Made by a program: the position numbers and the translations under genes. Positions 9,231 through 18,529 of a DNA stretch of 64,000 bases are shown in pieces (within the stretch, counting starts at the first letter, position 1; the number at the start of each line of letters is the position of its first letter). The stretch comes from Candidatus Hermodarchaeota archaeon. Its GTDB lineage: Archaea; Asgardarchaeota; Thorarchaeia; Thorarchaeales; Thorarchaeaceae. Below the pieces are notes generated by a model. It made no database searches, was not told the DNA's origin, and worked only from the letters and a program-made list of their open reading frames with translations. Location of the stretch: assembly GCA_048885865.1 (NCBI GenBank), contig JBHLLF010000003.1, forward strand, positions 64,001 to 128,000, read 5' to 3'.

Positions 9231-9243
9231 GGTAGGTGTTATG

Positions 9244-9315
9244 TCTCGATTTTCCGAAATTATTCACTGATAACCATAATTATCATTATTGGAATGATTT
9301 CTCGAAAAATCGAGA
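9244..9315. repeat. Long imperfect inverted repeat in a divergent promoter region
   Basis: TCTCGATTTTCCGAAATTATTC..TGATAA / TTATCA..GAATGATTTCTCGAAAAATCGAGA. Confidence 0.75.
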
Positions 9316-9406
9316 GTGTTTTGATGAGGGTATCCACCGTTAATTACTTAACACGCACCTCTGGCTAATTCAAACGTTTCTGACAAGTTTCAACGGAGAG
9401 ATTCCA

Positions 9407-10735
9407 ATGACCAGAAAGAAAGTAATAATCATGGGCGCAGCTGGCCGTGATTTCCATAACTTCAACGTATTCTTTCGTGACAATGAGGACTATGAGGTTG
9501 TTGCATTCACAGCTGAGCAGATACCGGGCATTGAGGATAGACTGTATCCTCCAGAATTATCCGGGGACCTTTATCCTGATGGTATCAAGATTTACCCCGA
9601 AGAAATGCTGCCCGAATTGGTTGAGAAGTTTGAGGCGGAACAATGTATTCTGGCATATTCTGACCTATCCTATGACACAGTGGGACACAAGATTGCATGG
9701 GTGAACAGTATCGGTGCAGACATCAGACTCATGGGTACCAACTCAACGATGCTGAAGAGCAAGAAACCAGTCGTTGCGGTCTGCGCTGTTAGAACTGGAT
9801 GTGGAAAAAGCCAGACCTCTCGGCGAGTGAATCAAATTCTGGTTGATATGGGCCTCAAGCCTGTTAACATTCGTCATCCGATGCCATATGATCCTGATCT
9901 CACAACTCAGATAGCACAGCGCTATGAGGTTCTAGAGGATTTGGATAAATACAACTGCACAATTGAAGAACGTGAAGAATATGAACCCATGATCAACATG
10001 GGAGTGATACTCTATGCTGGCATTGACTATGGCAAGATATTGAGGCAGGCTGAGGAAGAAGCTGATGTGATTACGTGGGATGGAGGCAACAATGACTTTG
10101 CGTTCTATCGTCCTGATTTATACATCGTAATCACCGACCCACACAGACCGGGACATGAGGTGTCCTATTACCCAGGTGAAACCAACCTTAGGATGGCTGA
10201 TGTTGTGATCATTAACAAGGTCGACACCGCCGACTATGACTTTGTTGAAGAGGTCAGAGATAACATCATGCGCGTCAATCCGAATGCAATCATCATTGAG
10301 GCCGCCTCGCCTGTCGCTATAGAGGACATGAGCATCATTCGCGGAAAACGAGTACTTGTTGTTGAGGATGGGCCAACTGTCACTCATGGTGGCATGCCTT
10401 ATGGTGCCGGATACATTGCAGCGAGGAAAGCAGGAGCAGAGATTGTGGACCCAAGGCCTTTTGCCGTTGGCTCAATTGAGGACACATTTGAAAAGTACTA
10501 TCATCTTGAAGACGTCCTACCAGCAATGGGATATGGCAAAGCCCAGATGAAAGAGCTCGAAGATACAATCAATAAAGCAGACGTCGATGCGGTTGTGATT
10601 GGCACTCCAATTGACCTCGGGCGACTTATCAAAATTAACAAACCGAGTGTCAGGATCAGATATGACCTACAGGAGATTGGCCGGCCAAATCTCGAAGACA
10701 TTCTCTCGGAGTTTGCTGAGAAGAAAGGCTTGTAG
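9407..10735 (+). CDS. COG2403 P-loop protein (cyclic 2,3-diphosphoglycerate synthetase family; probably arginine synthetase ArcE-like)
   Basis: MGAAGRDFHNFN, AVRTGCGKSQTSR, RHPMPY, TIEEREEYEP, WDGGNND, VEDGPT-THGGM. Confidence 0.8.
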   Translation: MTRKKVIIMGAAGRDFHNFNVFFRDNEDYEVVAFTAEQIPGIEDRLYPPELSGDLYPDGIKIYPEEMLPELVEKFEAEQCILAYSDLSYDTVGHKIAWVNSIGADIRLMGTNSTMLKSKKPVVAVCAVRTGCGKSQTSRRVNQILVDMGLKPVNIRHPMPYDPDLTTQIAQRYEVLEDLDKYNCTIEEREEYEPMINMGVILYAGIDYGKILRQAEEEADVITWDGGNNDFAFYRPDLYIVITDPHRPGHEVSYYPGETNLRMADVVIINKVDTADYDFVEEVRDNIMRVNPNAIIIEAASPVAIEDMSIIRGKRVLVVEDGPTVTHGGMPYGAGYIAARKAGAEIVDPRPFAVGSIEDTFEKYYHLEDVLPAMGYGKAQMKELEDTINKADVDAVVIGTPIDLGRLIKINKPSVRIRYDLQEIGRPNLEDILSEFAEKKGL

Positions 10736-10749
10736 AAATAGGAAAGGGC

Positions 10750-10769
10750 ACCCGGGATTGCTCCCGGGT
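10750..10769. terminator. Hairpin between convergent genes
   Basis: ACCCGGGA-TTGC-TCCCGGGT, perfect 8-bp stem. Confidence 0.55.
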
Positions 10770-10779
10770 ATAAGTCTCT

Positions 10780-11709
10780 CTACCAGTATTCCTGCTTAGT
10801 CTGAACAGTTCTTGCCGCCAAGTCTTTGTAAAGAACACCTTGGTATATGTAAGTAAGAGGCGTTATAAGCAGCATACTTGCAAAAGGAGCAATAAGCGAC
10901 GTGAGGAGGGATCCCAGCAACAGAACAAGACCTAGCTCGATTACTATCGTAATAACAATCATGATGATATGAAATAGAATGATACCTCCTAGAGTATGTA
11001 GGAAGTTGCTCCTCGTGATACTGAAGGTCCTGCTAATTGAGCTTCCTGCACCCAAGTCTTCTGCCATGACTACAGCTGTGTTGGGATAGAAGAATGTCAC
11101 CACTACTATATAGACAATAGCCAATACCAGAAGCGTGCTTGATGCCTGTGTCATCGCATCGAGGTCCATGACCATCATCGCATCAAGAATCGACACTAGC
11201 GATTCTTGAATCGGTACCATGATTACTGCATATATTGAACCAATGATCAACGCGACGACTAGTAGAGTAGGGAATCTCTCAAGGGCAGAACCGAACGCAG
11301 AACCCATCGAAGAGTCCTGTCCAGTGTAGGTTCGAAGTGCTATGCTAATTGCTGCACCAAGTGCGAGCAAATTTAGAACGAAGCCAATCAGCATCAAGAC
11401 ACCACCCACCCCCACATACGGGACATAAGCGCCAGCAGGAATTGACTCGCTCTGGAGTAGGTATGCGCCATAAATGAAAGAAACGGGTTCAGAGCCTAGA
11501 TATCCAATGTATAGGAGCATCTCTTCTCCGAAGACCAGGTATATTATTGCGCTGTAAATGAAACTGTAGATAACAGGAACCATCATGATGCCTATGTAGG
11601 CAGAGATTCTTTTCCCGAACAGGCTTAGTACAGTGGAAATCTGAGTACTCAATCCAATTGCATACTGGTCGTCAACGTAAGTCGGTTTCTCTTCTTCCTC
11701 GAATGCCAA
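10780..11709 (-). CDS. Multi-pass membrane protein (GDPD membrane-domain-like)
   Basis: About 6 hydrophobic segments; AVVMAEDLGAGSSISRTFSITRSNF motif; C-terminal LYKDL. Confidence 0.7.
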   Translation of the reverse strand: MAFEEEEKPTYVDDQYAIGLSTQISTVLSLFGKRISAYIGIMMVPVIYSFIYSAIIYLVFGEEMLLYIGYLGSEPVSFIYGAYLLQSESIPAGAYVPYVGVGGVLMLIGFVLNLLALGAAISIALRTYTGQDSSMGSAFGSALERFPTLLVVALIIGSIYAVIMVPIQESLVSILDAMMVMDLDAMTQASSTLLVLAIVYIVVVTFFYPNTAVVMAEDLGAGSSISRTFSITRSNFLHTLGGIILFHIIMIVITIVIELGLVLLLGSLLTSLIAPFASMLLITPLTYIYQGVLYKDLAARTVQTKQEYW

Positions 11710-11767
11710 TTAGCCCACCTGTGTGGCGATGCGCTTTCTGCGCCTTATAATATCTCCGGACTTGACT

Positions 11768-13363
11768 CTAGGCTGGTTTCGGACGAGCATCAAGTATCTC
11801 CATGAATTTCATTCCACCAGCCCGTTCTAGCAATTCCTCAAAGGATACGATGAATATGTCGGGGGTTACTTCTGTGCTGATTTTCGTTAGCCTCTGAATC
11901 TCGAGGATGAGAGATTCATTGTTGCCTCCCGGTCCATCTTTTGGGGCCACATAGAGGTTGAGCACATCCATACTATATGGATCACTCATATCTTCTTTGG
12001 CTACCTCGATCTGTATCTCCTCAATTTCTGAAATCTTCAACAAATCGGCCCTCAAAGCAGTGAGATTAACTGTTGCGCCTTTGATCTTCTTCTCGGCAAG
12101 ACCCATCACCTCAATCTGAGCCTGTGCATCGTTGGTACGACCTATGTCCCAGAAGAAGGGGCCATCGATTCCGCAACATGGACATTTTCCTCGCTCATGC
12201 TTGGACGCCACGTCTCCCAATAGGAAGCCTTCAAAGACTGTTCCAGTGCTGTCTAGATGAAAGAGCAATGTATGACCCGGTTCACCCTCTCCAACAAACT
12301 CATAGCTTCCATCATCATTCAGCCTAACGAATTCCCATGACATCATAAGCGGAGACAAGTTATGATAAGGCCCATCGTATTCGCATTGAACTGCAAAGGA
12401 GACCTTGCTCTCTGATGATGCATAGCCCCCAATGATTCTGACTTCCTTTGCTCCCTTCTCAGTCAAAATCTGTGTGATATCATCAGCAACTCGGGGGTAG
12501 ATTTTCTCTCCTGCAAGCAATACAACTACTTTCTCAGGAGCCTCATAGTCGGCATCTTCCTTCATAGCCCGGAAGAACCTGTTTCTGAGAAAGCTAGGCA
12601 TCCCAGTAAAAGCGTTTGATTTGAAGGACTTTGCAAGCTCCACAAGCTTTTCACTTGGTATCGCTCCACCTGCGCTTGTGGCATTATAGAATTTACTAAT
12701 CTGCTTGAGACCCTCATTGACAGCATGCCAGCCCAGATGTGGAGCATACGGAAACAGATTCATGCTAGAAGCCTCCCACCCGCTTTCAACAAAGGTATCA
12801 ATAGCAAGTTGACCACACTTCGCACTATTGCTGGATAGCAGTTCATTGTCATAGCGGGTCAGAAACACTGGCGATGGCAACCCTGATGCCCTTCCGGAAC
12901 TCAACCAGTATTGAAGTGGAGAATAGGTATACGTCAATCTCTCCTTAATTCGATCCATCGCCGCTGAAGCTCCAATCTTCAGCTTCACGCGTGCCCCATT
13001 GTTGCGCAAGAACCTGTACTGATGCTTGTTCCCTGTATCCTTAGAAAAATCCATCAAATTTCGAACAATCTCCGCAGGATCTCGATCTTTGCCATCGACC
13101 TCAGACGGATTCAGCACGAATTGTGTAAGGTTATCTTTGTAATCGACCTTCCTCACAAGCGGAATCTGATATTTCGCCCAATCTTCGATGCAGGTGATAT
13201 TGTAAGGATCAATATTGTTCTCTTTGAACAGTCGCCTGTAATAGGGATGGTTGGGCCATATCTGATATCGAATGAACGCCCGAAATTTCCGGTCCTGCAT
13301 TTGCTTAATTTCACGGTGGTTAGTTCTCTTTAGCTCCTCAAATGTTAGAGTAGTCTTTGTCAT
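11768..13363 (-). CDS. Phenylacetate-CoA ligase/F390 synthetase-like adenylate-forming enzyme
   Basis: HPYYRRLF, SSGRASGLP (variant P-loop), TGMPSFL, LAGEK, GYASSE, LLGD, IKGATV. Confidence 0.75.
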   Translation of the reverse strand: MTKTTLTFEELKRTNHREIKQMQDRKFRAFIRYQIWPNHPYYRRLFKENNIDPYNITCIEDWAKYQIPLVRKVDYKDNLTQFVLNPSEVDGKDRDPAEIVRNLMDFSKDTGNKHQYRFLRNNGARVKLKIGASAAMDRIKERLTYTYSPLQYWLSSGRASGLPSPVFLTRYDNELLSSNSAKCGQLAIDTFVESGWEASSMNLFPYAPHLGWHAVNEGLKQISKFYNATSAGGAIPSEKLVELAKSFKSNAFTGMPSFLRNRFFRAMKEDADYEAPEKVVVLLAGEKIYPRVADDITQILTEKGAKEVRIIGGYASSESKVSFAVQCEYDGPYHNLSPLMMSWEFVRLNDDGSYEFVGEGEPGHTLLFHLDSTGTVFEGFLLGDVASKHERGKCPCCGIDGPFFWDIGRTNDAQAQIEVMGLAEKKIKGATVNLTALRADLLKISEIEEIQIEVAKEDMSDPYSMDVLNLYVAPKDGPGGNNESLILEIQRLTKISTEVTPDIFIVSFEELLERAGGMKFMEILDARPKPA

Positions 13364-13545
13364 GAAACAACCTCTGGTTTAGAGCTTACGGGAGGCGGGT
13401 CTTCTTGTCCATTAGATAAAAGTTCCGAGTTGTCGTTTAATAGAGTAATACACCCACTGAATAAGGGAACAAAGGAGAAACCCATAATAGTGCGGGCTTC
13501 TTCATTCAATCAGCCCAAACCCTAAGGTCAAGGAGTGTTCAAGCA

Positions 13546-13977
13546 TTGTCTGAATCCGATGAGAAACTTCAGAGAGGAATTATAGAACTGGAGAAGGGGA
13601 ACCATAAGAAAGCATTCGGCGTATTCAAAGATGTCTTCGAAGACAGGAAAGAAAGATTCTTGCAAAGAGTCCAGGACAACCCTAAGTCACCAACTCTAAT
13701 GCTTGAAGCCCTGCATATGATTCATGCTCTTGTTTGGCTTAGAGTTGCAGAAGCTGGAATGGATAAGCATAACGCAATGGAACTCTACGGGAAAGCCGTT
13801 GGTACAGTTGAAGCGGCTAGAACCGCACTTGGACCACTTGTAGGCGGCCTCGCTCAATGGGCAAAGGAGCAAAACATCAAAGTCGTATACAATAAAGCAC
13901 GGGGCCTCTTGGCAGCGACTACGGATCTTGAAGAGATGGCAAAGAAAGAACTTGAAGCATTTCGAAGGATGAAATAG
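13546..13977 (+). CDS. Hypothetical helical protein
   Basis: 143-aa ORF with GGAGTG SD. Confidence 0.65.
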   Translation: MSESDEKLQRGIIELEKGNHKKAFGVFKDVFEDRKERFLQRVQDNPKSPTLMLEALHMIHALVWLRVAEAGMDKHNAMELYGKAVGTVEAARTALGPLVGGLAQWAKEQNIKVVYNKARGLLAATTDLEEMAKKELEAFRRMK

Positions 13978-14074
13978 ACTGCTTCAATGATCCTCTATGA
14001 GGGCTGTTTGATAGAAATGTTGAGTTTGGGAATACAGGAAGTCCTATCATTGGAGAAAGAGGAGGGAGTGTGTA

Positions 14075-14323
14075 CTGATTACTGCTTTTGTTAGTATGTC
14101 AGTTTCACCAGGTGAAGATGAGAGAATCGTCAGGGAACTAGTGAAGGACAGGATTATCGAAGAGGCATGGCTAACAACAGGAGAATACGATGTGCTCCTA
14201 GTAATCAGGGGGGAAGACACAGAGGAGATTAATCATTACGTCAATGAAAGAATTCGTGGAACTGAAGGGGTCATACGGACAGTAGTCACTTTTGGCATTC
14301 AGTCTATCACTCATGGCGATTAG
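14075..14323 (+). CDS. Stand-alone Lrp/AsnC ligand-binding (RAM) domain protein
   Basis: (L)ITAFVSMSVSPG...TTGEYDVLLVI...IRGTEGVIRTV; probable CTG start at 14075 (ATG at 14096 would cut strand beta-1). Confidence 0.8.
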   Translation: MITAFVSMSVSPGEDERIVRELVKDRIIEEAWLTTGEYDVLLVIRGEDTEEINHYVNERIRGTEGVIRTVVTFGIQSITHGD

Positions 14324-14662
14324 CTAAAGATCTCTCATATGCTCCGACCATTTATCAGCAGGAAAGCGGTCTTTCATGATCTCAAGCTCAGAAAGGATGC
14401 TCTTCTCAAGGTCCACATCAAAAAAGTTGGCAAGCTGTATGAAGAGGGCCAAAACTTGAGCGAATTCGCGGGATAGCTCATCTCGAGATGGTGCATCGTG
14501 ACCTAGTCCAATAACCTTGTACCCCTCCTCAACGGTGATATGGCGTGATATTTCTCCGAGTTCTTCGATGAGATGGGCAAAGACAAGAGATGGATTGAAT
14601 TTGTCCCATCCTCTCTCCTTCTCAAATTCCGATGTTATCCTTTGAATCTCGCTAAGGTCCAT
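14324..14662 (-). CDS. MazG-like NTP pyrophosphohydrolase
   Basis: ERGWDKF, HLIEELGEI, EFAQVL, LANFFDVDLE. Confidence 0.85.
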   Translation of the reverse strand: MDLSEIQRITSEFEKERGWDKFNPSLVFAHLIEELGEISRHITVEEGYKVIGLGHDAPSRDELSREFAQVLALFIQLANFFDVDLEKSILSELEIMKDRFPADKWSEHMRDL

Positions 14663-15331
14663 CTATGTCATCCTCCTGGTTATTTGCATTACCTGAGCTC
14701 GTGCTTGATCCATTGCTTGAATTGAGGGATTGTCGAGGGGCCCAAGCACTGCATTATCAGATAGTGGCTCTTCACCTAGAAACATCGCCTCACTCACCAC
14801 GCCAATCATATCAGCCGGGGGAAGAATAGCACATGCCAACTTCATCCCAGGTTTAACCTTAGCTATATTCGTTACAATAGTCCAAATGCGGCTGCCATCT
14901 GTACATCGACACTCTGTGAGATTGGAGGAGCCCTCCACCGCTCTTGTCTGGCTGATTTCTACAGCTAGAATGTCAATTGCACGAGCAGGGTCATCATCAG
15001 CCCTCAGTAGTCGCTGTTCGAACCCCTCCACAATGGAAAGAGAGTATCGTGTTTCTGTGAAAGCTATCTTTTCTTTCACGGACTGTGGCTTGTATGCTTG
15101 TGATTTTGCTGCATTTCTGAACAAATCTGCAAATTCAGCAATTGCACTGACAAGGTTCCTTGTCGCATCAAGTTCAGCCAAGGTCTTCGCATCAACATAG
15201 GAGTACTTCACTTCATACAGCAAAGTTCCCGCAGTTTTCAATGTGTTCGCCAGTTTTGAGTACTCAATGTGCATTCTTAGTTTCCGGTTGCCGACAATTT
15301 CGTTCAGACGCCTCAATGCATCCTCAAGCAC
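14663..15331 (-). CDS. tRNA-binding domain protein (COG2517-like, EMAP/Trbp OB fold)
   Basis: VKYSY, IVTNI, AILPP, GVVSEAMFLG. Confidence 0.8.
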   Translation of the reverse strand: MLEDALRRLNEIVGNRKLRMHIEYSKLANTLKTAGTLLYEVKYSYVDAKTLAELDATRNLVSAIAEFADLFRNAAKSQAYKPQSVKEKIAFTETRYSLSIVEGFEQRLLRADDDPARAIDILAVEISQTRAVEGSSNLTECRCTDGSRIWTIVTNIAKVKPGMKLACAILPPADMIGVVSEAMFLGEEPLSDNAVLGPLDNPSIQAMDQARAQVMQITRRMT

Positions 15332-15499
15332 CAGAACTCTCGCATCCTTTGCAGTGTCCAGAGCGGTTCACCAAGAAGAGACGTGTATGTGGCCTTGATA
15401 AAGGCCGCGCCTCATTGGTTTAGGAGACCACGAATAGTGATATAAGACTAGATTGGTTACGCGTTCATACTAAAGACATACGCCATATGAGGTGCTTGA

Positions 15500-16117
15500 A
15501 TGATCCAAGCGTTGTTTATAATCGCTGAGAGCGGGCTTTGCCTGATCAGTAAGACATACGGCGCAGCTGAAGATGGAGGAATAGATGACAACTTAGTGGG
15601 AGGTTTCCTTCAGGCTGTTGGATCATTTGGAGAAGAGCTCCGTGGTGGGGGAGTCCTTGAAGATATGAGTTTCAAGGGGTTCAAGATTGTCCTGTCAAGG
15701 CATCCGGGATTTATGGTGGCAGGAATGATTGACCAGATTGATGATAGGATATCAGCAAAAGCGGTCCTGTCAGATGTTGGAAATGAGTTTCTTGAAGGCT
15801 ATAAGGATATAATAGCTGAATTTGATGGAAGCTTGGACCATTTTGAGGGATTTTATCCGAGAATCGATGAGTTAACAAAGCTAGGGAAAGCTGCCGAAAA
15901 GCGCGTCATCGTGCCAGTTCTTAAGGGTAAAGTTTCTCCGATGCTTGTTAGACTTGGTCAGATGACCCAGATTGTATTTGATGTTGCCAAGAAATGTCAA
16001 GGCAAATTAACCACCAATGACATTGCATATGAGCTCAAGTTGTCGCTCAAAGAGGTTGTGAAGTCATTGCATACTCTAGAAGATATGGATATGCTGGAGT
16101 GGAAGGAAATAGGCTAG
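15500..16117 (+). CDS. Longin-like domain protein with C-terminal wHTH
   Basis: MIQALFIIAESGLCL...DDNLVGGFLQAVGSFGEEL...EFLEGY; C-terminal TTNDIAYELKLSLKEVVKSLHTLEDMDMLEW. Confidence 0.7.
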   Translation: MIQALFIIAESGLCLISKTYGAAEDGGIDDNLVGGFLQAVGSFGEELRGGGVLEDMSFKGFKIVLSRHPGFMVAGMIDQIDDRISAKAVLSDVGNEFLEGYKDIIAEFDGSLDHFEGFYPRIDELTKLGKAAEKRVIVPVLKGKVSPMLVRLGQMTQIVFDVAKKCQGKLTTNDIAYELKLSLKEVVKSLHTLEDMDMLEWKEIG

Positions 16118-16162
16118 CACCTCTGAATTGATTCTGATGCGTCTAATTATATGGCTGTAGAT

Positions 16163-16882
16163 TTATTGCGTTTGACCCCATTCATTTCCTATTGCTATCA
16201 ATATCAGCCCAATTATGATTAGGCCTGGAGCTAGGACACCAGGAATCGTATATGACCCTGCAAAGACTATTTCTGCAAGGACATGGCGAGCTGCATGAAT
16301 GACTCTACCTGCAAATAAGACAAAGAAACCAAGCCCCAACACGAGATTGGAGCGTCTTAGAATTCCACCAGATTGCCAGGCCAAGTACCAGAACAGCAAC
16401 GGAATGAAGAGCGCATATACAGCACCAGCTCCGCCTGACAGGATTTGACGATCAAGCTCAGCTAATGGAACTAGGGCTAGCACAATTCCGATTAGAACGG
16501 CAGGAATTGCGAAGAGAACCTCAGCCCATCGCTTTCCGAAAATCATGAATGCTGCAGTCGCAGAAAGGATTGCGAGGGCCATCCATTGGAAGAAAGCTCC
16601 TGCGCTAAGCCAGGGAGCAGGATCTGACAGGAAGACTGAGAACTGTGATTCCAAACCCCCGTAGAGCGACGATATGTCAGCATAAAAGTCCCCAACAAAG
16701 TAGAAACATCTACCAATAGCGAGCAGCAAGAAGAATAGAGCCATTGCAAGCTGGAAAGGATTCCTTGTTTTCTTGTATCTAAAGAATAGGAAGAAAATGA
16801 AGATAAAGAAATAATATCCAACTACAAGGAACCAAAGTCCTATGTGGACTTCTCTAATTGCCATGTCGATGGTTTGTAACAT
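16163..16882 (-). CDS. Seven-transmembrane membrane protein
   Basis: About 7 hydrophobic helices with short loops. Confidence 0.7.
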   Translation of the reverse strand: MLQTIDMAIREVHIGLWFLVVGYYFFIFIFFLFFRYKKTRNPFQLAMALFFLLLAIGRCFYFVGDFYADISSLYGGLESQFSVFLSDPAPWLSAGAFFQWMALAILSATAAFMIFGKRWAEVLFAIPAVLIGIVLALVPLAELDRQILSGGAGAVYALFIPLLFWYLAWQSGGILRRSNLVLGLGFFVLFAGRVIHAARHVLAEIVFAGSYTIPGVLAPGLIIIGLILIAIGNEWGQTQ

Positions 16883-17068
16883 CGTGCTCTCTCCATTGGC
16901 TTCTAGACAACACTAGTACGGTTCTGTTCGCTTCCCAACAAATAAGTGTATTCTGCTCCATAATGAGCTAATGAGGGCAATACGTATGCAATACGCCAAA
17001 AACACGCTCCACGCATACACAAAGGCAATCTCTATATTTGGCGCGTGTGAAACCCTGTTGGTGGTTCT

Positions 17069-17482
17069 TTGAGTCCTGGGCGAACGTGGAAGTTGAAAAC
17101 GGAAGACGGCACGCTCACAGAGTTCAAAGACATCCGTCGAATTGTAGGTAACCAGATTATACGCGCTTATCTGCTTCAAAAAGCAATGTCTACGAACCGT
17201 CTTGAATGTGTCAAGGCAACTCTTAGGGGACCAAAAAACGAGTTCAAGGATTTTGACGACTTCTTTGTGTTGAGAGCATCAATAGACGGAGACCTTAGGA
17301 TTCTCGTTCAGGCGAATGTCTATGAGAATTTGAGAATCGTAGGGACTGATAGTGATAAAATGACGAGCATGAATGCGAAGCAAATCATTGAAATGTTCAC
17401 CAAAATGCTTGATGACCCAGAGGGTCATTCTACTATATTGATTCTAAGTGAGAATTCCAAGGTGAGTGCTAAACAAGGATGA
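17069..17482 (+). CDS. Hypothetical protein
   Basis: 137-aa ORF, GGTGG SD, ATGA overlap with the next gene. Confidence 0.6.
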   Translation: MSPGRTWKLKTEDGTLTEFKDIRRIVGNQIIRAYLLQKAMSTNRLECVKATLRGPKNEFKDFDDFFVLRASIDGDLRILVQANVYENLRIVGTDSDKMTSMNAKQIIEMFTKMLDDPEGHSTILILSENSKVSAKQG

Positions 17483-17676
17483 GTGAATTCAAGCGATATG
17501 CAAAGTGTCCTGTATGTAGTGAGAGAACTGTACTCTCTGTGCCTCAAGACATCTTGAAGAAGGCAAAGAGATTCCCCTTCACACTAAAGGTTGTGCACGA
17601 GGATCATCACTTCTACATCAATATTGACTCTCAAGCATCTATCACGGATATTCTGAAACCTGAATTGGTAGAGTGA
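17479..17676 (+). CDS. Small putative Zn-binding protein (CxxC...HxxH)
   Basis: KCPVC...VVHEDHHFYINID. Confidence 0.65.
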   Translation: MSEFKRYAKCPVCSERTVLSVPQDILKKAKRFPFTLKVVHEDHHFYINIDSQASITDILKPELVE

Positions 17677-18477
17677 TTATCCAATATAGCGGTCACTAGG
17701 CAGGTCTCCTTCCTCTTCAGCTGTGCCACGTTGGGAGATCTCATTCTTGGCCCATTCGATGAAATCAATCACCTTGGTGACATCGTCTTCCAGAATATCA
17801 AAGGAGGCCTTGATATCAAGGAATGAGCTAATCTTCTCAAGTACAGTTCTTGCCGCACGATAGTCCATTTTGATCATGCCAAGGGTTTCACCGAGAAGGC
17901 AAGCTCCTTTCATATCATACATCGAAGCCGCCCATGCAGGAATAAATCCATTCGCTCCATTCACGACACCCTCTTCAGTTGCCACCGTACCTCCGACAGT
18001 GGATATCTCGCCAAGCAATTCAGATGAGCTTGCAGAAATGAATACACGAGGTGGCATTGGATATGACTCGAAGAATTCCTGGTAGCTGGTTTCGTAGGCA
18101 GCCAGGGCGTAGACTTCCTTTACTCCAAGCCCAGTAAACTCCTGAACCACAAAGTCAGCGTACTCAAATACGCCACGTCCTGAGGCTGGCTGGAAGTCAG
18201 CTGATAGTAAAATGAGGTCATGGGGCTCATCAGGGGCTGCGCGATAGAGCATTATTGAACTCTTGGGAAAATTGGCGATACCATCTTTCACAAAGACACG
18301 GGGCGGAAAGTCATCAGAAAAGAAATCCATGACAGGCTGCGCATCAAGAACAGCTGCGAGTGTGTCAACTGCAATACGTCCCACGTTTGCAATGCCTGGA
18401 AGGCCCAATATTGCTACGGGACTCTTGAGCGATTTTGCGTCAAGGTCAATGAATCGCCTCGTGTACATTTTCATCAT
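17677..18477 (-). CDS. PAC2 family proteasome assembly chaperone
   Basis: ILGLPGIANVGRIA, FPP, DFQP, GANG, CLLGET, DYRAA. Confidence 0.9.
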   Translation of the reverse strand: MMKMYTRRFIDLDAKSLKSPVAILGLPGIANVGRIAVDTLAAVLDAQPVMDFFSDDFPPRVFVKDGIANFPKSSIMLYRAAPDEPHDLILLSADFQPASGRGVFEYADFVVQEFTGLGVKEVYALAAYETSYQEFFESYPMPPRVFISASSSELLGEISTVGGTVATEEGVVNGANGFIPAWAASMYDMKGACLLGETLGMIKMDYRAARTVLEKISSFLDIKASFDILEDDVTKVIDFIEWAKNEISQRGTAEEEGDLPSDRYIG

Positions 18478-18529
18478 TCCTATGGTTATAGATGCCTGCC
18501 AAACGCATTAAGTCCTATCGGTAATGGAA

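Noticed and set aside
16163-16882. 7TM protein as a rhodopsin
   Set aside because: No retinal-binding Lys motif visible in the last helix
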